Assembly: GCA_963762145.1 (NCBI GenBank)
Contig: CAVXJS010000009.1
Span: 64,001-128,000 of the forward strand
Direction of reading: 5' to 3'
Length of the DNA: 64,000 nt
DNA from: an uncultured Candidatus Rokubacteria bacterium
GTDB taxonomy: Bacteria > Methylomirabilota > Methylomirabilia > Rokubacteriales > CSP1-6
The position numbers and the translations under genes were made by a program. The stretch's first letter is position 1, and each line of letters opens with the position of its first letter. Of the stretch, positions 10,901 through 19,817 are shown in pieces. The notes under the pieces were generated by a model, which saw only the letters and a program-made list of their open reading frames with translations, ran no database searches and was not told the DNA's origin.

Positions 10901-11068
10901 CGGGGCTCGCGCCGGGCAGGCTCGCGGTGACCTGGATCGTCGGGAAATCGACGTTGGGCAGATCGCTGACCGGCAGGAGCCGGTACGCCATGAGGCCGAA
11001 GACCAGGATGCGCGCGCCATCAGCAGCGTGGTCATGACCGGCCGCCGGATGAAGAGGTCGGTGCTCAC
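7952..11068 (-). CDS. RND efflux permease (MdtB/MdtC-like, HAE1), multiply frameshifted
   Basis: Fragments across frames: [55 protein letters not shown]. Confidence 0.88.
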
Positions 11069-12277
11069 CCGCCGCTTCCCTTCCCGGGCGCCGCCGGGCT
11101 TGACCTCCACCCGCGTGCCCGGCGCCGAGCCGGAGCTGCCCGTCGGTCACCACCCGCTCCCCCGCGGCGAGTCCGCTCGTGATGACCACGTCACGGCCGT
11201 CGGCCGCGCCGGGCACCACCGGCCGCGCCTCCACCGTCTGGTCCGGCTTGACCACGAACACGTACTGCCCCTTCTGGCCGCTCTGCACCGCCTGCGACGG
11301 CACGACCACCGCGCCCACCTGCTTCGTCAGGTGAGGGCCACGTTGACGAACTGGCCCGGCCAGAGGGCGTTCTCGCTGTTCTCGAACGTGGCCTTGAGCT
11401 GGATCGTCCCGGTGCTCGGGTCCACCGTGTTGTTCATGAACGTGAGCTTGCCGCGCACGACGCCACCCGGCTGGCCGGCCACCTGCGCCTCCACCGGCAG
11501 GTCGCCCGCCGCCCGGTAGCGCTTGATCGCCTCGAGCTGCGCTTCCGGCACCGAGAAGGCCACGTAGATCGGGTGCACCCGGTTGATCACCACCATCGGG
11601 TTGCCGACGTCGTTGGCCTTGACCACGTTGCCCTGGTTCAGCAGCAGGTTGCCGGTGCGGCCGCCGATGGGCGCGCGGATCTCGGTGTAGCTGAGCTGCA
11701 CCCGCACGTTCTCCACCGCCGCCTCACCGGCGCGCGCCAGGGCCCGGGCGGTCTCCACCGCCGCGCGATCGGCGTCGATGGTGGCCTCGAGGGTGAGCGC
11801 CTTGGTGCGGATCTGGTCGTACTGCTCGCGCGCCACGAAGCCGCCCTCTACCAGCTTGCGGTAGCGCTGCTCGTCCACGCGGGCGTTCTCGAGCTGCGCG
11901 GTGTCTCGGGCCAGGTTGGCCTGGGCCGACATGACCGCGGCCTGGTGCTGGGCGAGCGTGGCCTGCGCCTGCAGGAGCGCGGACTGGAGCTGGCGCGGGT
12001 CGATGGTGAAGAGCAGGGCGCCCGCCGCCACCTCGTGCCCTTCCGCGAAGTGCACCTTCGTCACCTCGCCGTTGATCATGGACTGCACGCCGACCGTGTC
12101 GAGCGCCTGCACGTTGCCGATGGCCCGGATCTGGACCGGCACGTCGCGCTGCACTGCCTCGGTGGCCGTCACCGGCACCGCGGGCGGTGCGGCCTTCGCG
12201 GTGGCCGGATCCGTGCCCTTGTCGCAGCCCGCGAGGATGGGCGCGGTCAGCAGCAGCGCAGCCAGCAGGGCCCTCAT
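11065..12277 (-). CDS. RND periplasmic adaptor (MdtA-like lipoprotein), frameshifted near 3' end
   Basis: LAGC lipobox, [30 protein letters not shown]; C-terminal [14 protein letters not shown] in another frame. Confidence 0.88.
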
Positions 12278-12915
12278 GCCCGCCCGCCCGCCGGCCGCTT
12301 CGGGCTCAGCGCGTCGGAGAACTGCTGGAGAAACGCCGCCCGCTCCTTGTGGAAGACGGGGTCGGACGAGGAGCGACCCGTCACCATCCGCGTCACCTGC
12401 GGGAAGGCGAGCGGGTACGCGATCAGGCCGAGGATCGCCAGCAGCAAGTGGCCCGCGTCCAGGTCGGGCAGCAGGCCGCGGCGCTGACGATCACGCAGGT
12501 CGTCGAGCGCGCGCGAGAGCGACTCCTGCCGCTCGGCCTCCTGGATGACCGGACCCTCCCCGAGACCGAGCGCCTCCCACTGGGTGAGACGGATCCAGTC
12601 GCTGTCCTCGCAGGCCATCGCGAACCAGTAGCGAAGGCTCGCCCCCAGGTCAGAGGGCGCCTCGGTGATCCAGCCCGCGCGCTCGCGCAGCTTGCGGTCG
12701 AAGATCTCCCGGAAGAGATCTTCCTTGTTGCCGAAGTAGTGGTAGAGCATCCGCTTGTTGACCCGGGCCCGTCGGGCGATGCGCGCCACCCGCGCGCCCG
12801 CGAAGCCGTGCGCGGAGAACTCGGCGAGGGCCGCGGCCAGGATGCGATCACGCGTCCGCTGGGGATCGCGGACGGGTGGGCTGGGGGGGCGTTTGGAGGC
12901 GGCGACCGTCGGCAT
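12274..12915 (-). CDS. TetR/AcrR family regulator
   Basis: ILAAALAEFSAHGFAGARVARIARRARVNKRMLYHYFGNKEDLF HTH. Confidence 0.9.
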   Translation of the reverse strand: MPTVAASKRPPSPPVRDPQRTRDRILAAALAEFSAHGFAGARVARIARRARVNKRMLYHYFGNKEDLFREIFDRKLRERAGWITEAPSDLGASLRYWFAMACEDSDWIRLTQWEALGLGEGPVIQEAERQESLSRALDDLRDRQRRGLLPDLDAGHLLLAILGLIAYPLAFPQVTRMVTGRSSSDPVFHKERAAFLQQFSDALSPKRPAGGRA

Positions 12916-12930
12916 GGATCGAGTAGGCCA

Positions 12931-12960
12931 ATAGTAACCGTCTGGATACTTTCGGGTCAA
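12931..12960 (-). promoter_or_regulatory. Sigma70-like promoter with overlapping TetR-type operator
   Basis: TTGACC -35 (12955-12960), TACTAT -10; imperfect palindrome AGTAACC-GTCT-GGATACT (12933-12950) between them. Confidence 0.55.
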
Positions 12961-13008
12961 GCCCTCGCCTCCGGGGGAGGCCCTGGAGGGACCGCCGGGC
13001 GGAGGGCG

Positions 13009-13650
13009 CTAGCGGTGCCGGAAGCGCTGGCCGCGGCGCCGCGTCAGGGCGACGCCGCCGGCGGCGAGCGCGGTGATCAGAGCCAGCACCAGGGTGGCGG
13101 GCTCGGTCACCGAGGTGGGCCCCTCGCCCACGCCGACATCGTCGATAGCGAACGCCCCGGGCGCGGCCGCGGACAGGAGCCCGGTGAAGGTCACCGCCTG
13201 GAGGCTGGACCAGGTGCTCGGCACCGAGAAGTGGGCGAACCCGGGGAGGCTGCCGATGGCGTACGTGGCGCTCAGCATCCCGCCACCGACCCGGAACCCG
13301 GCGAGGCTCACCTGCTGGGCATTGGGCGAGCCGGGGGAGGGCGCGACGTAGAGTCCCGCGGCGTCGAAATCGTAGAGGAGGAAGGCGCCCCCGTCGGTGC
13401 GCGCCACCGTGATACCGGGCCCGGACGCCTCCTGCCCCAGATAGACGGCGGAAGCATTGCTCACCAGCGCCCCGCCGGGCGCGTCGATGGTGCGGAACGC
13501 GCCCGTGAAGCGATAGCCGTGCGTGTCGAGCATCGTCAGGGGCGGATTGCCGACGCTCATCACGTCGTCGAAGGTGACGTCGAGCGCGACGGCCGCCGAT
13601 CCCCATGCCGTCACAACCACCGCAACCAGCGTGCACGCGAGCGTTTTCAT
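13009..13650 (-). CDS. PEP-CTERM-like exosortase substrate (variant VTEP)
   Basis: Signal peptide MKTLACTLVAVVV..; C-terminal VTEPATLVL + TM + RRR. Confidence 0.75.
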   Translation of the reverse strand: MKTLACTLVAVVVTAWGSAAVALDVTFDDVMSVGNPPLTMLDTHGYRFTGAFRTIDAPGGALVSNASAVYLGQEASGPGITVARTDGGAFLLYDFDAAGLYVAPSPGSPNAQQVSLAGFRVGGGMLSATYAIGSLPGFAHFSVPSTWSSLQAVTFTGLLSAAAPGAFAIDDVGVGEGPTSVTEPATLVLALITALAAGGVALTRRRGQRFRHR

Positions 13651-13684
13651 GTCGGCCCCCTCGGAAAAGGCGCTTCCCTCCGAG

Positions 13685-13700
13685 GCAAATCCCTTGCCAC
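13685..13700 (-). promoter_or_regulatory. Sigma54 -24/-12 promoter of the PEP-CTERM-like gene
   Basis: TGGCAA-GGGAT-TTGC, 35 nt upstream of ATG 13650. Confidence 0.65.
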
Positions 13701-13915
13701 CACACGAACGCCGCAAGACGCCGCCACGACAGCGCGGGCGCGCCGCGCGGCGCGACGTCGAGCGTCGGCTGGACACGCGCGTGCGTGACAGTGTCAGCGC
13801 GCGCGCGGTGAGCCATCGCGCCGATTCTTGTCACCGCCCCCACGCGCGAGCGCGCGCGCGCCAGGCCGGTCGGGCAAATTAACTCTGACTCGTCTACACT
13901 TATCCGTGAACGCAC

Positions 13916-14371
13916 GTGCCCACTCAACCACGCCGCGACTCGACGTCCCGCCCGCCCCGCCGGCCCACGCCGCCGGCCCTGAATCTCTCCGGCATCGAGG
14001 CGGCGAGCCTGGTCAAGTTCGCCTACTTCACCGACGCGCCGCCTGCACCCGGCACGCTGCTCTTCACCGCGTTCCGCCGGAACATGCCGCCCGGCGTGAA
14101 GGAGGTCACCATCCGGAACCCGGTGACGTTTTTCTACGGCATCCAGCAGACGGGGGGCCTCCTGAACATCCAGGTACGGTGGATCAATCCGGACAGCGTG
14201 GTCACGCGGACCAGCGATCTGCCGATGGATCAATCACAGGAAGGCGCGCTCTGGACCTGGCAGGTGGACCGTCTCGAGAAGCGGGACCTCGGCCAGGCCG
14301 GGGTCTGGGTGGTGGAGCTTCTGATCTCGGGCCATCGGGTCGGCCGCTACCCGCTCCTGGTCCGCGCGTGA
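13916..14371 (+). CDS. Hypothetical beta-rich protein
   Basis: 151-aa ORF with protein-like composition and high GC3; no family recognised. Confidence 0.55.
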   Translation: MPTQPRRDSTSRPPRRPTPPALNLSGIEAASLVKFAYFTDAPPAPGTLLFTAFRRNMPPGVKEVTIRNPVTFFYGIQQTGGLLNIQVRWINPDSVVTRTSDLPMDQSQEGALWTWQVDRLEKRDLGQAGVWVVELLISGHRVGRYPLLVRA

Positions 14372-14463
14372 GCTTTGCGTCTCCCCAGCCCTTTGCTAGA
14401 CTCGCGGAGGAATCGGACCAGAGCCATGCGAGCCTACAGCAGCCGGACCACCGGGGAGCCGCG

Positions 14464-14844
14464 ATGACGAAGACGGCGCTCGTCCTGATCGTCGAGGATG
14501 AGCCGGACGTGCGCGATCTCATCGCCGACGTGCTGGCCGAGAACGGCTATGAGATCGAGGTGGCTCCGGACGGCGCCGCGGCGCTTCAGCTCTCGGATCA
14601 GCGCCAGTACGATCTCATTCTCAGCGACCTCCGGATGCCCAAGATGGACGGCGCCGCGCTGTACTGGGCCCTCCAGCTTCGTCACGGCAGCGCGATGCCC
14701 CCGATGATCTATGTGACCGGTCAAGCCCATTCCCTCGACTACGCGGGCTTCCTCGCCGCCTCGCGGGTGCCCGTGCTCTCCAAGCCGTTCAGCCCCGAAG
14801 ACCTCCGCCAGGCGGTCCGCCAAGCTCTCGCCGGCAACAGCTAG
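14464..14844 (+). CDS. Single-domain response regulator (CheY-like)
   Basis: LIVEDE, LSDLRMPKMDG, VTG, SKPF; GGGGAG RBS. Confidence 0.88.
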   Translation: MTKTALVLIVEDEPDVRDLIADVLAENGYEIEVAPDGAAALQLSDQRQYDLILSDLRMPKMDGAALYWALQLRHGSAMPPMIYVTGQAHSLDYAGFLAASRVPVLSKPFSPEDLRQAVRQALAGNS

Positions 14845-14986
14845 TCGCTCCGTTTCGAATCGTACGTGGCTATACGTATAGCAACATACTGATATATAAC
14901 GACATTTATCCCGTGATCGGGAAAAATTACAGACTCCTATACTGGAATTGTCCTAACTCTCCATAGCAGCCCGGAGGAGTCACTCA

Positions 14987-15382
14987 ATGCTTAGCGCCCT
15001 TCACCCTCGCAAGAAGTCGCAGCGCGGCTTCACGCTCATCGAGTTGATGATCGTCGTCGCCATCATCGGTATCCTCGCCGCCATCGCCATCCCGCTGTAC
15101 GCCAACGTCCAGGCGCGCGCGCGGCTGGCCAAGGCCCAGGCTGATGCCCGGGCCCTCGCGTCTGCCGTCAGCATCTACTCCGCTCACATGGGCACGCTCC
15201 CCGCGGCCCTGACCGATCTGTCCTCGGTGGTCACGAACTCGCTGGGTCAGTCGGGCGGTCCCTTCATGTCCTCGGTGCCCTCGGGTCCGTCTGGCTGGGG
15301 CACGTATGCCTACACCGCCAGCGCCTCCGGGACCTTCACCATCAGCAACAGCGGCGACAGCACCTCCGTCAGCGTGCCGTAG
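14987..15382 (+). CDS. Type IV major pilin
   Basis: QRG|FTLIELMIVVAIIGILAAIAIP class III signal peptide; GGAGGAG RBS; followed by a terminator. Confidence 0.9.
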   Translation: MLSALHPRKKSQRGFTLIELMIVVAIIGILAAIAIPLYANVQARARLAKAQADARALASAVSIYSAHMGTLPAALTDLSSVVTNSLGQSGGPFMSSVPSGPSGWGTYAYTASASGTFTISNSGDSTSVSVP

Positions 15383-15408
15383 CCGCAGCACCCTACGCTC
15401 CTAAGGTC

Positions 15409-15441
15409 AAAAAAGGGCCCGTCCCGAAAGGGGCGGGCCCT
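15409..15441. terminator. Intrinsic terminator hairpin after pilin
   Basis: AAAAAA-GGGCCCGTCCC-GAAA-GGGGCGGGCCC-T. Confidence 0.7.
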
Positions 15442-15581
15442 GCTGCGTTCAAGGGGCGTGATAGCATGCCGCGGTGACCGGCCCTGTTCCCGCGGGTCCT
15501 CGGCGCGACCGCTGGTGGATGCGCATCGGCGACCTGGCGGTGCGCCTCGCCTGGAAGCTGCTGTGGAGCTGGAGGCGGTAG

Positions 15582-15626
15582 TGGTGAGCCGTCTCGGGAT
15601 CGAACCGAGGACCCCCTGATTAAAAG
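15582..15626 (-). repeat. att core: 45-bp duplicate of the tRNA-Lys 3' half
   Basis: TGGTGAGCCGTCTCGGGATCGAACCGAGGACCCCCTGATTAAAAG is identical to 20492-20536. Confidence 0.95.
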
Positions 15627-16194
15627 GCGTGCCGCGAGACGCACTCAGCAGCACCAGCAGGCCCCAGCACCGCATTCTGACGAGCTAGGCTCGTGAGCAT
15701 CCTGCGCCTTGGTCCGGCTCCGTGCGGCCACCTTTGGCACCAACTCGGCACCAACTCCGGCCGGCTCAGTCCGACTCGTCCCCTGATTGTCTACAGACGC
15801 GACTCTCGTACCCATTGTCCGACGCGGACTTACACAGCAGGTGCCAATCCCGGTGCCGGTCTCAGAACAACCGGAGAGGACACCCATTCGTGAGCTTGTC
15901 GGTCCAAGCAAGGGGTTGTAGGTGGAACGCTGATGGCCGCAGACTGAAACCGGCCGATAGCGGTCGCCGGGGCCCCCCTCCCGGGTCCCATCGGGAGCTT
16001 GGCCCTGCCCGTGAGTGCGTGCGCGGCTCGTGTGGCCAAATCGACAAATCGGACTGCACGCAGTTCCGAGCCTGCGAATTGAGAGCTGCAAATCTAACAA
16101 CCCCTCGGGGGTCATCCCGGGAGGCGGTGCGGTTCGCTGTCGTCAGCCTGACCTGCCCACGGCTGACTTCTAGGCTCGGCCTAGGAGGTGTGCG

Positions 16195-16479
16195 ATGAAG
16201 GAGAGCCGGATTCTTGTGATAGGTATGGCGCTGCTTTTCGCTGGCTGTGCATCTTCGTCACCGGACGCCGCCAAAGTCCGCGTCGTGGATGACGCGAAGC
16301 TCGTTAGCACCTGTCAGGTGCTCGGCACGGTGGCCGACAACGAGTTCGAGGACCTGCAAAAGAAGGCGGCTCGCCTGGGCGGGGATGTTGCCCTCATGAC
16401 ACCAGAGCGCAAGGCGAAGGGCGGCTACTTCGGGCTCCAAGACTACATGACCGCTGATGTGTACAGGTGCCGTCGGTGA
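16195..16479 (+). CDS. Small lipoprotein (DUF4156/RcsF-like)
   Basis: FAGC lipobox; C-x-x-LG, LQKKAARLGGD and VYRC pattern; AGGAGG RBS. Confidence 0.65.
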   Translation: MKESRILVIGMALLFAGCASSSPDAAKVRVVDDAKLVSTCQVLGTVADNEFEDLQKKAARLGGDVALMTPERKAKGGYFGLQDYMTADVYRCRR

Positions 16480-16656
16480 TCTTCTCCCGATAGTCTGACA
16501 CCAACAGGTCTAGGAGCCCTGAATCGGCAAATCCGCCGTGTAAGGGCACGCTGTCTCCTAAGGTGCTCACTTGACGAGCCGCCCGGCTCGCCCTACGCTG
16601 CCGCCGATGCCGGGCACGCCGCCCGTGCCCGCTCTCGCCCCGCTGAGGAGACTGAC

Positions 16657-16805
16657 ATGCCCGAGTTGCTTGCAGCCCTCGAAGCTTTCGTGCAGGAACA
16701 CCGCCGCTGCGGCGAGCTCGAGGCGGCGTGGATGATAGCCGAGTATGGAGGGCCTGCGATTGCGGAGCCGGGATCGTGCATTCGATCAAGCCCAGGCCGA
16801 ACTAG
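16657..16805 (+). CDS. Small Cys/His (zinc-ribbon-like) protein, apparently frameshifted
   Basis: GAGGAG RBS; MPELLAALEAFVQEHRRCGELE continues in a shifted frame as GGVDDSRVWRACDCGAGIV (HxxC..CxC). Confidence 0.45.
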
Positions 16806-17006
16806 ACCGACGAGGAGCGTGGGTTCTCCAGGCCGTAGTGGAGAGGCGAGAGCTTCTTAGGATTCGCAAGGGAATGAAAGTTGACCCAGGCCCAAATGGC
16901 GAGCCTGCTCCGTCTCCCCGTGGGGACAATCAGGAAGTTGGAGGCAAGATTGTCCGAGCGTTGATCGCCCGATAGGGTTCTGGCTCGTCAGAGAAACCGA
17001 CAAGGC

Positions 17007-17267
17007 TCAGGGCGTCGGCTGATCCTCGCGCGGCTCCATCGATGAGGATTCAGGAGCCTGCTCGTCCTCCCCCAGCAGAGCCGTCAACCGCTCTCGTAGT
17101 TCGGCCAGTCGCTTCTCTGCACGCCCTAGCTGCGACTGCTGCTGCTCGCGGCGGTCTTGGTTGTCTCCTGGCGTGGCGTCAAGGTCAAGCCGAAGGGCCT
17201 CGGTCAGGCCGAGTAGTTCGTCTCGCTCACGTTCCAGAGCTTCCCGTTCATTCCTTGGGGCGGGCAT
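17007..17267 (-). CDS. Hypothetical coiled-coil protein
   Basis: 86-aa helical heptad-rich ORF. Confidence 0.4.
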   Translation of the reverse strand: MPAPRNEREALERERDELLGLTEALRLDLDATPGDNQDRREQQQSQLGRAEKRLAELRERLTALLGEDEQAPESSSMEPREDQPTP

Positions 17268-17687
17268 GGGTAGCTACGAGTCGTGGAGAGTCGGAACGAC
17301 CGAGGAGCGGTTTACCAGCCGGTAGCTCCTTCTACCTGGCATCCCGGGTCGCCTATCGACCACGCCCGGCTGCCTCCGGCTTCAATGACCTGTTGCTTGA
17401 GCGCCCGCGTACCCTCGCGCCCTTCTTTGGTGTTGCTGACAAGTCCAGAGCCACAAGCTCTTCCCGCTTGCTTTGACGCCGTTTGGCCGTCGTGCTGCGA
17501 CGATCACCTGCCGCCGCAGCCGCAGCCGACCGCGTGGCCGGTCGCCGCTGAGCTTTCCGCTTCCGCGCCTTCGAGCGTGTACCTTCCTCTTTCGGGGTCG
17601 TGCCCATGTGCGTCACCCTCCTGGCGGCTCGGACTTGCACAGGCTGTGCCGCCGAAGTCTGCGTAGCGGGTCTTTCTCCTGGCACGC

Positions 17688-17957
17688 TCAGGCATCCGGT
17701 GGCGACGCCAGCCTAGCGCGGAGATTGGCTGCTCGCCTCTCAACCAGCTTGATCTTCACCGCCAACATATTTTGGAGTTCGCGGTTCGCGTCAGGCGTAG
17801 CTGCGAGTTCATAGCGGAGGTGCGCGAGGACGGCACGGAGTTCCCGGAGTTCGTCGTCCCAGGCTTGCCGGTCGGACCGTTGGGGCCACATAGAGGAAAT
17901 GTTAACGCTAGGCTCAAGGGGACTTGCCTCTGTGGACACTTCCTGCCATGCGGTCAC
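17688..17957 (-). CDS. Hypothetical coiled-coil protein
   Basis: 89-aa ORF with amphipathic helices. Confidence 0.35.
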   Translation of the reverse strand: MTAWQEVSTEASPLEPSVNISSMWPQRSDRQAWDDELRELRAVLAHLRYELAATPDANRELQNMLAVKIKLVERRAANLRARLASPPDA

Positions 17958-18394
17958 CGACTGCTGACGACGCTCCTAGCATCGCCCTCAGTAACAGAAG
18001 GCCCTTAGTTCGCTTTCCGCTTGCGCGCTATCGATTCCTCCCGCCAGATCGTGTAGCAAGCGGGATGAGCGAGCGCGACGACACCTAGCTCGATGCGCGT
18101 GATGCCCAAGACAACGTAGGTCGGCCCCACGTCTGTGACGCGCCCAGACAGGAATGTCGGCTGATCGTCCATTCGATGTCCACCCGAGGCGCGGACGATA
18201 GCAGACAGCTCTAAACCGGGCAAGTGCCAGTTGGCTACGATTCCACTACTCGGTGCTACGGCCGAGCCCGGCATCGCCCGGTGGGGATGAGCCGCGCGAA
18301 CCGGGCCTGCCCTTCTTGAGGCTGACCCTTACTCGGGTGTGCCCTCAAGTGGCTCCAAGATGAAGCAACCGAAGTACCTCGAGGAACTTCTGGC

Positions 18395-18661
18395 TCACCC
18401 CAGATTCTCTGGAGCGCGAGTGAACAGTTTGCCATCGTCGAACCGGACTATCCGCTCGGCGACCATGCCGCCGCCTTTCTGGCGAGCGACCACCAGTGTC
18501 AAGCTCATGCCGACTTCGATGCCCTTCACGAGGCGCTGGTCGGGAAGAAGAATTAGAGTGCCCGCGCCCAGAGTAATGTGGCGTTTCCCAATGGTGGTCA
18601 CTTTGCCGACGATCACATGTTGGCCGGAAGGGGGTCTCCAGTTCTTCCCGGTCGTGTTCAT
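18395..18661 (-). CDS. Hypothetical small beta-barrel (OB-fold-like) protein
   Basis: GAGGGA RBS; VIVGKVTTIG..IEVGMSLTLV..AERI pattern. Confidence 0.5.
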   Translation of the reverse strand: MNTTGKNWRPPSGQHVIVGKVTTIGKRHITLGAGTLILLPDQRLVKGIEVGMSLTLVVARQKGGGMVAERIVRFDDGKLFTRAPENLG

Positions 18662-18721
18662 AGGTCCCTCAAAGAGCCGGGCGGGACGGATTTGCTCCGC
18701 CCCGCCGGGCTCCCCGATGAA

Positions 18722-19186
18722 TTACAAGAGGTCGATCTTGATCTCCTTCGGCTTGATCTCATCGGCCTTCGGGAGGGTGACCGTCAGCACGCCGTCTCGA
18801 TACGCTGCCTTCACCTGTCCAGCTTGCACCGGGATAGGGAGTGGTAGCGTGCGCTCGAACTTCCCCCACCACCGCTCGCCACGGTAGTAGTTCTGCTGGG
18901 CGACTTCCTGATTCGGCTGCCGGTCGCCTCGGATGGTGAGCATGTCGCCCGTGATGGAGAGATGGATGTCCTTTTGGTTGAGGCCAGGCAACTCGGCGGC
19001 GATGACCAGTTCGTCCTTGGTCTCGTACATGTCCAAGGGTGGAGCCCAAATCTGCTCCATCCCACCCATGTGAGCTGGCCGCCCGAGGAGATTGTCGAAC
19101 AGCCGATTCATCTGCCCTTGGATGTCGGTGACATCGCGAAAGGGGTCCATTGCCTGGGTTAGTGGGCGAAACCGCACGATTGCCAT
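18722..19186 (-). CDS. Hsp20/alpha-crystallin small heat-shock protein
   Basis: PPLDMYET, AELPG, ERWWGKFERTLPLP, AAYRDGVLTVTLPK, IKI C-terminal motif; AGGAGG RBS. Confidence 0.93.
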   Translation of the reverse strand: MAIVRFRPLTQAMDPFRDVTDIQGQMNRLFDNLLGRPAHMGGMEQIWAPPLDMYETKDELVIAAELPGLNQKDIHLSITGDMLTIRGDRQPNQEVAQQNYYRGERWWGKFERTLPLPIPVQAGQVKAAYRDGVLTVTLPKADEIKPKEIKIDLL

Positions 19187-19220
19187 ACCTGCCTCCTGTC
19201 TGGGCCGCAGGCCCACGGTT

Positions 19221-19267
19221 AAATATGCTTCTACTAGACTCATATTTCATGATTCGAGCTTTGTCAA
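19221..19267 (-). promoter_or_regulatory. Sigma70-like promoter of hsp20 with overlapping inverted repeat
   Basis: TTGACA (19262-19267) N17 TATGAG; inverted repeat AAATATG-N13-CATATTT (19221-19247). Confidence 0.5.
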
Positions 19268-19367
19268 GTACGGCCCATAAAAGTCAACAACGAGAAACTT
19301 ATCCGCCAGTTATGTAACGGCAGTCAGTCGTGGATTCGAGCCCTACGAAGCGTCGATGGAGGTCAGA

Positions 19368-19550
19368 TCAGGAGGCTTTACGTGACTTAGCAACCGCGCG
19401 CGCTGAGGCGGAACGGGCGGCGTCCCGTGTCTTCGCGAGCGCTTTAGCCTCCTTGTCTTGCTGGGCGCTCTTGCGGAGGCGGGCGAAATGCTCGGCGTCG
19501 GCGGCTTCGATCTTCTGGATGACGGCCCGCATTCGGGCGCTTATTGCCAT
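19368..19550 (-). CDS. Small basic Ala/Lys/Arg-rich protein
   Basis: GAGGAGG RBS before MAISARMRAVIQKIE; 60 aa. Confidence 0.5.
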   Translation of the reverse strand: MAISARMRAVIQKIEAADAEHFARLRKSAQQDKEAKALAKTRDAARSASARAVAKSRKAS

Positions 19551-19817
19551 TCGATGCTTCCTCCTCGGCGCGACAGATGAGGCTTGAACAAGCATAGATT
19601 ACACCTGGATAGGCCAGGCTGCGAGGCGAGCATTGAGGCGTTAGGGGGTTAGTTAGTTCGACCAGGAGCAGATGCCCGGCGGCCGTCAGCATCAGGCATG
19701 GGATGGGTTGCTCGTCGCCAACGCCGCCCAAGGCGTGACCCGCCGTGGCCGCCGTGGTGCCGACACCCTAACGAGTGCTGACCGCCAGCGCAGTATCCGT
19801 CCGCTCTCCGTAGGGAA

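Noticed and set aside
15582-15626. Second tRNA-Lys gene
   Set aside because: Only the 3' half is present; it is the att duplication.
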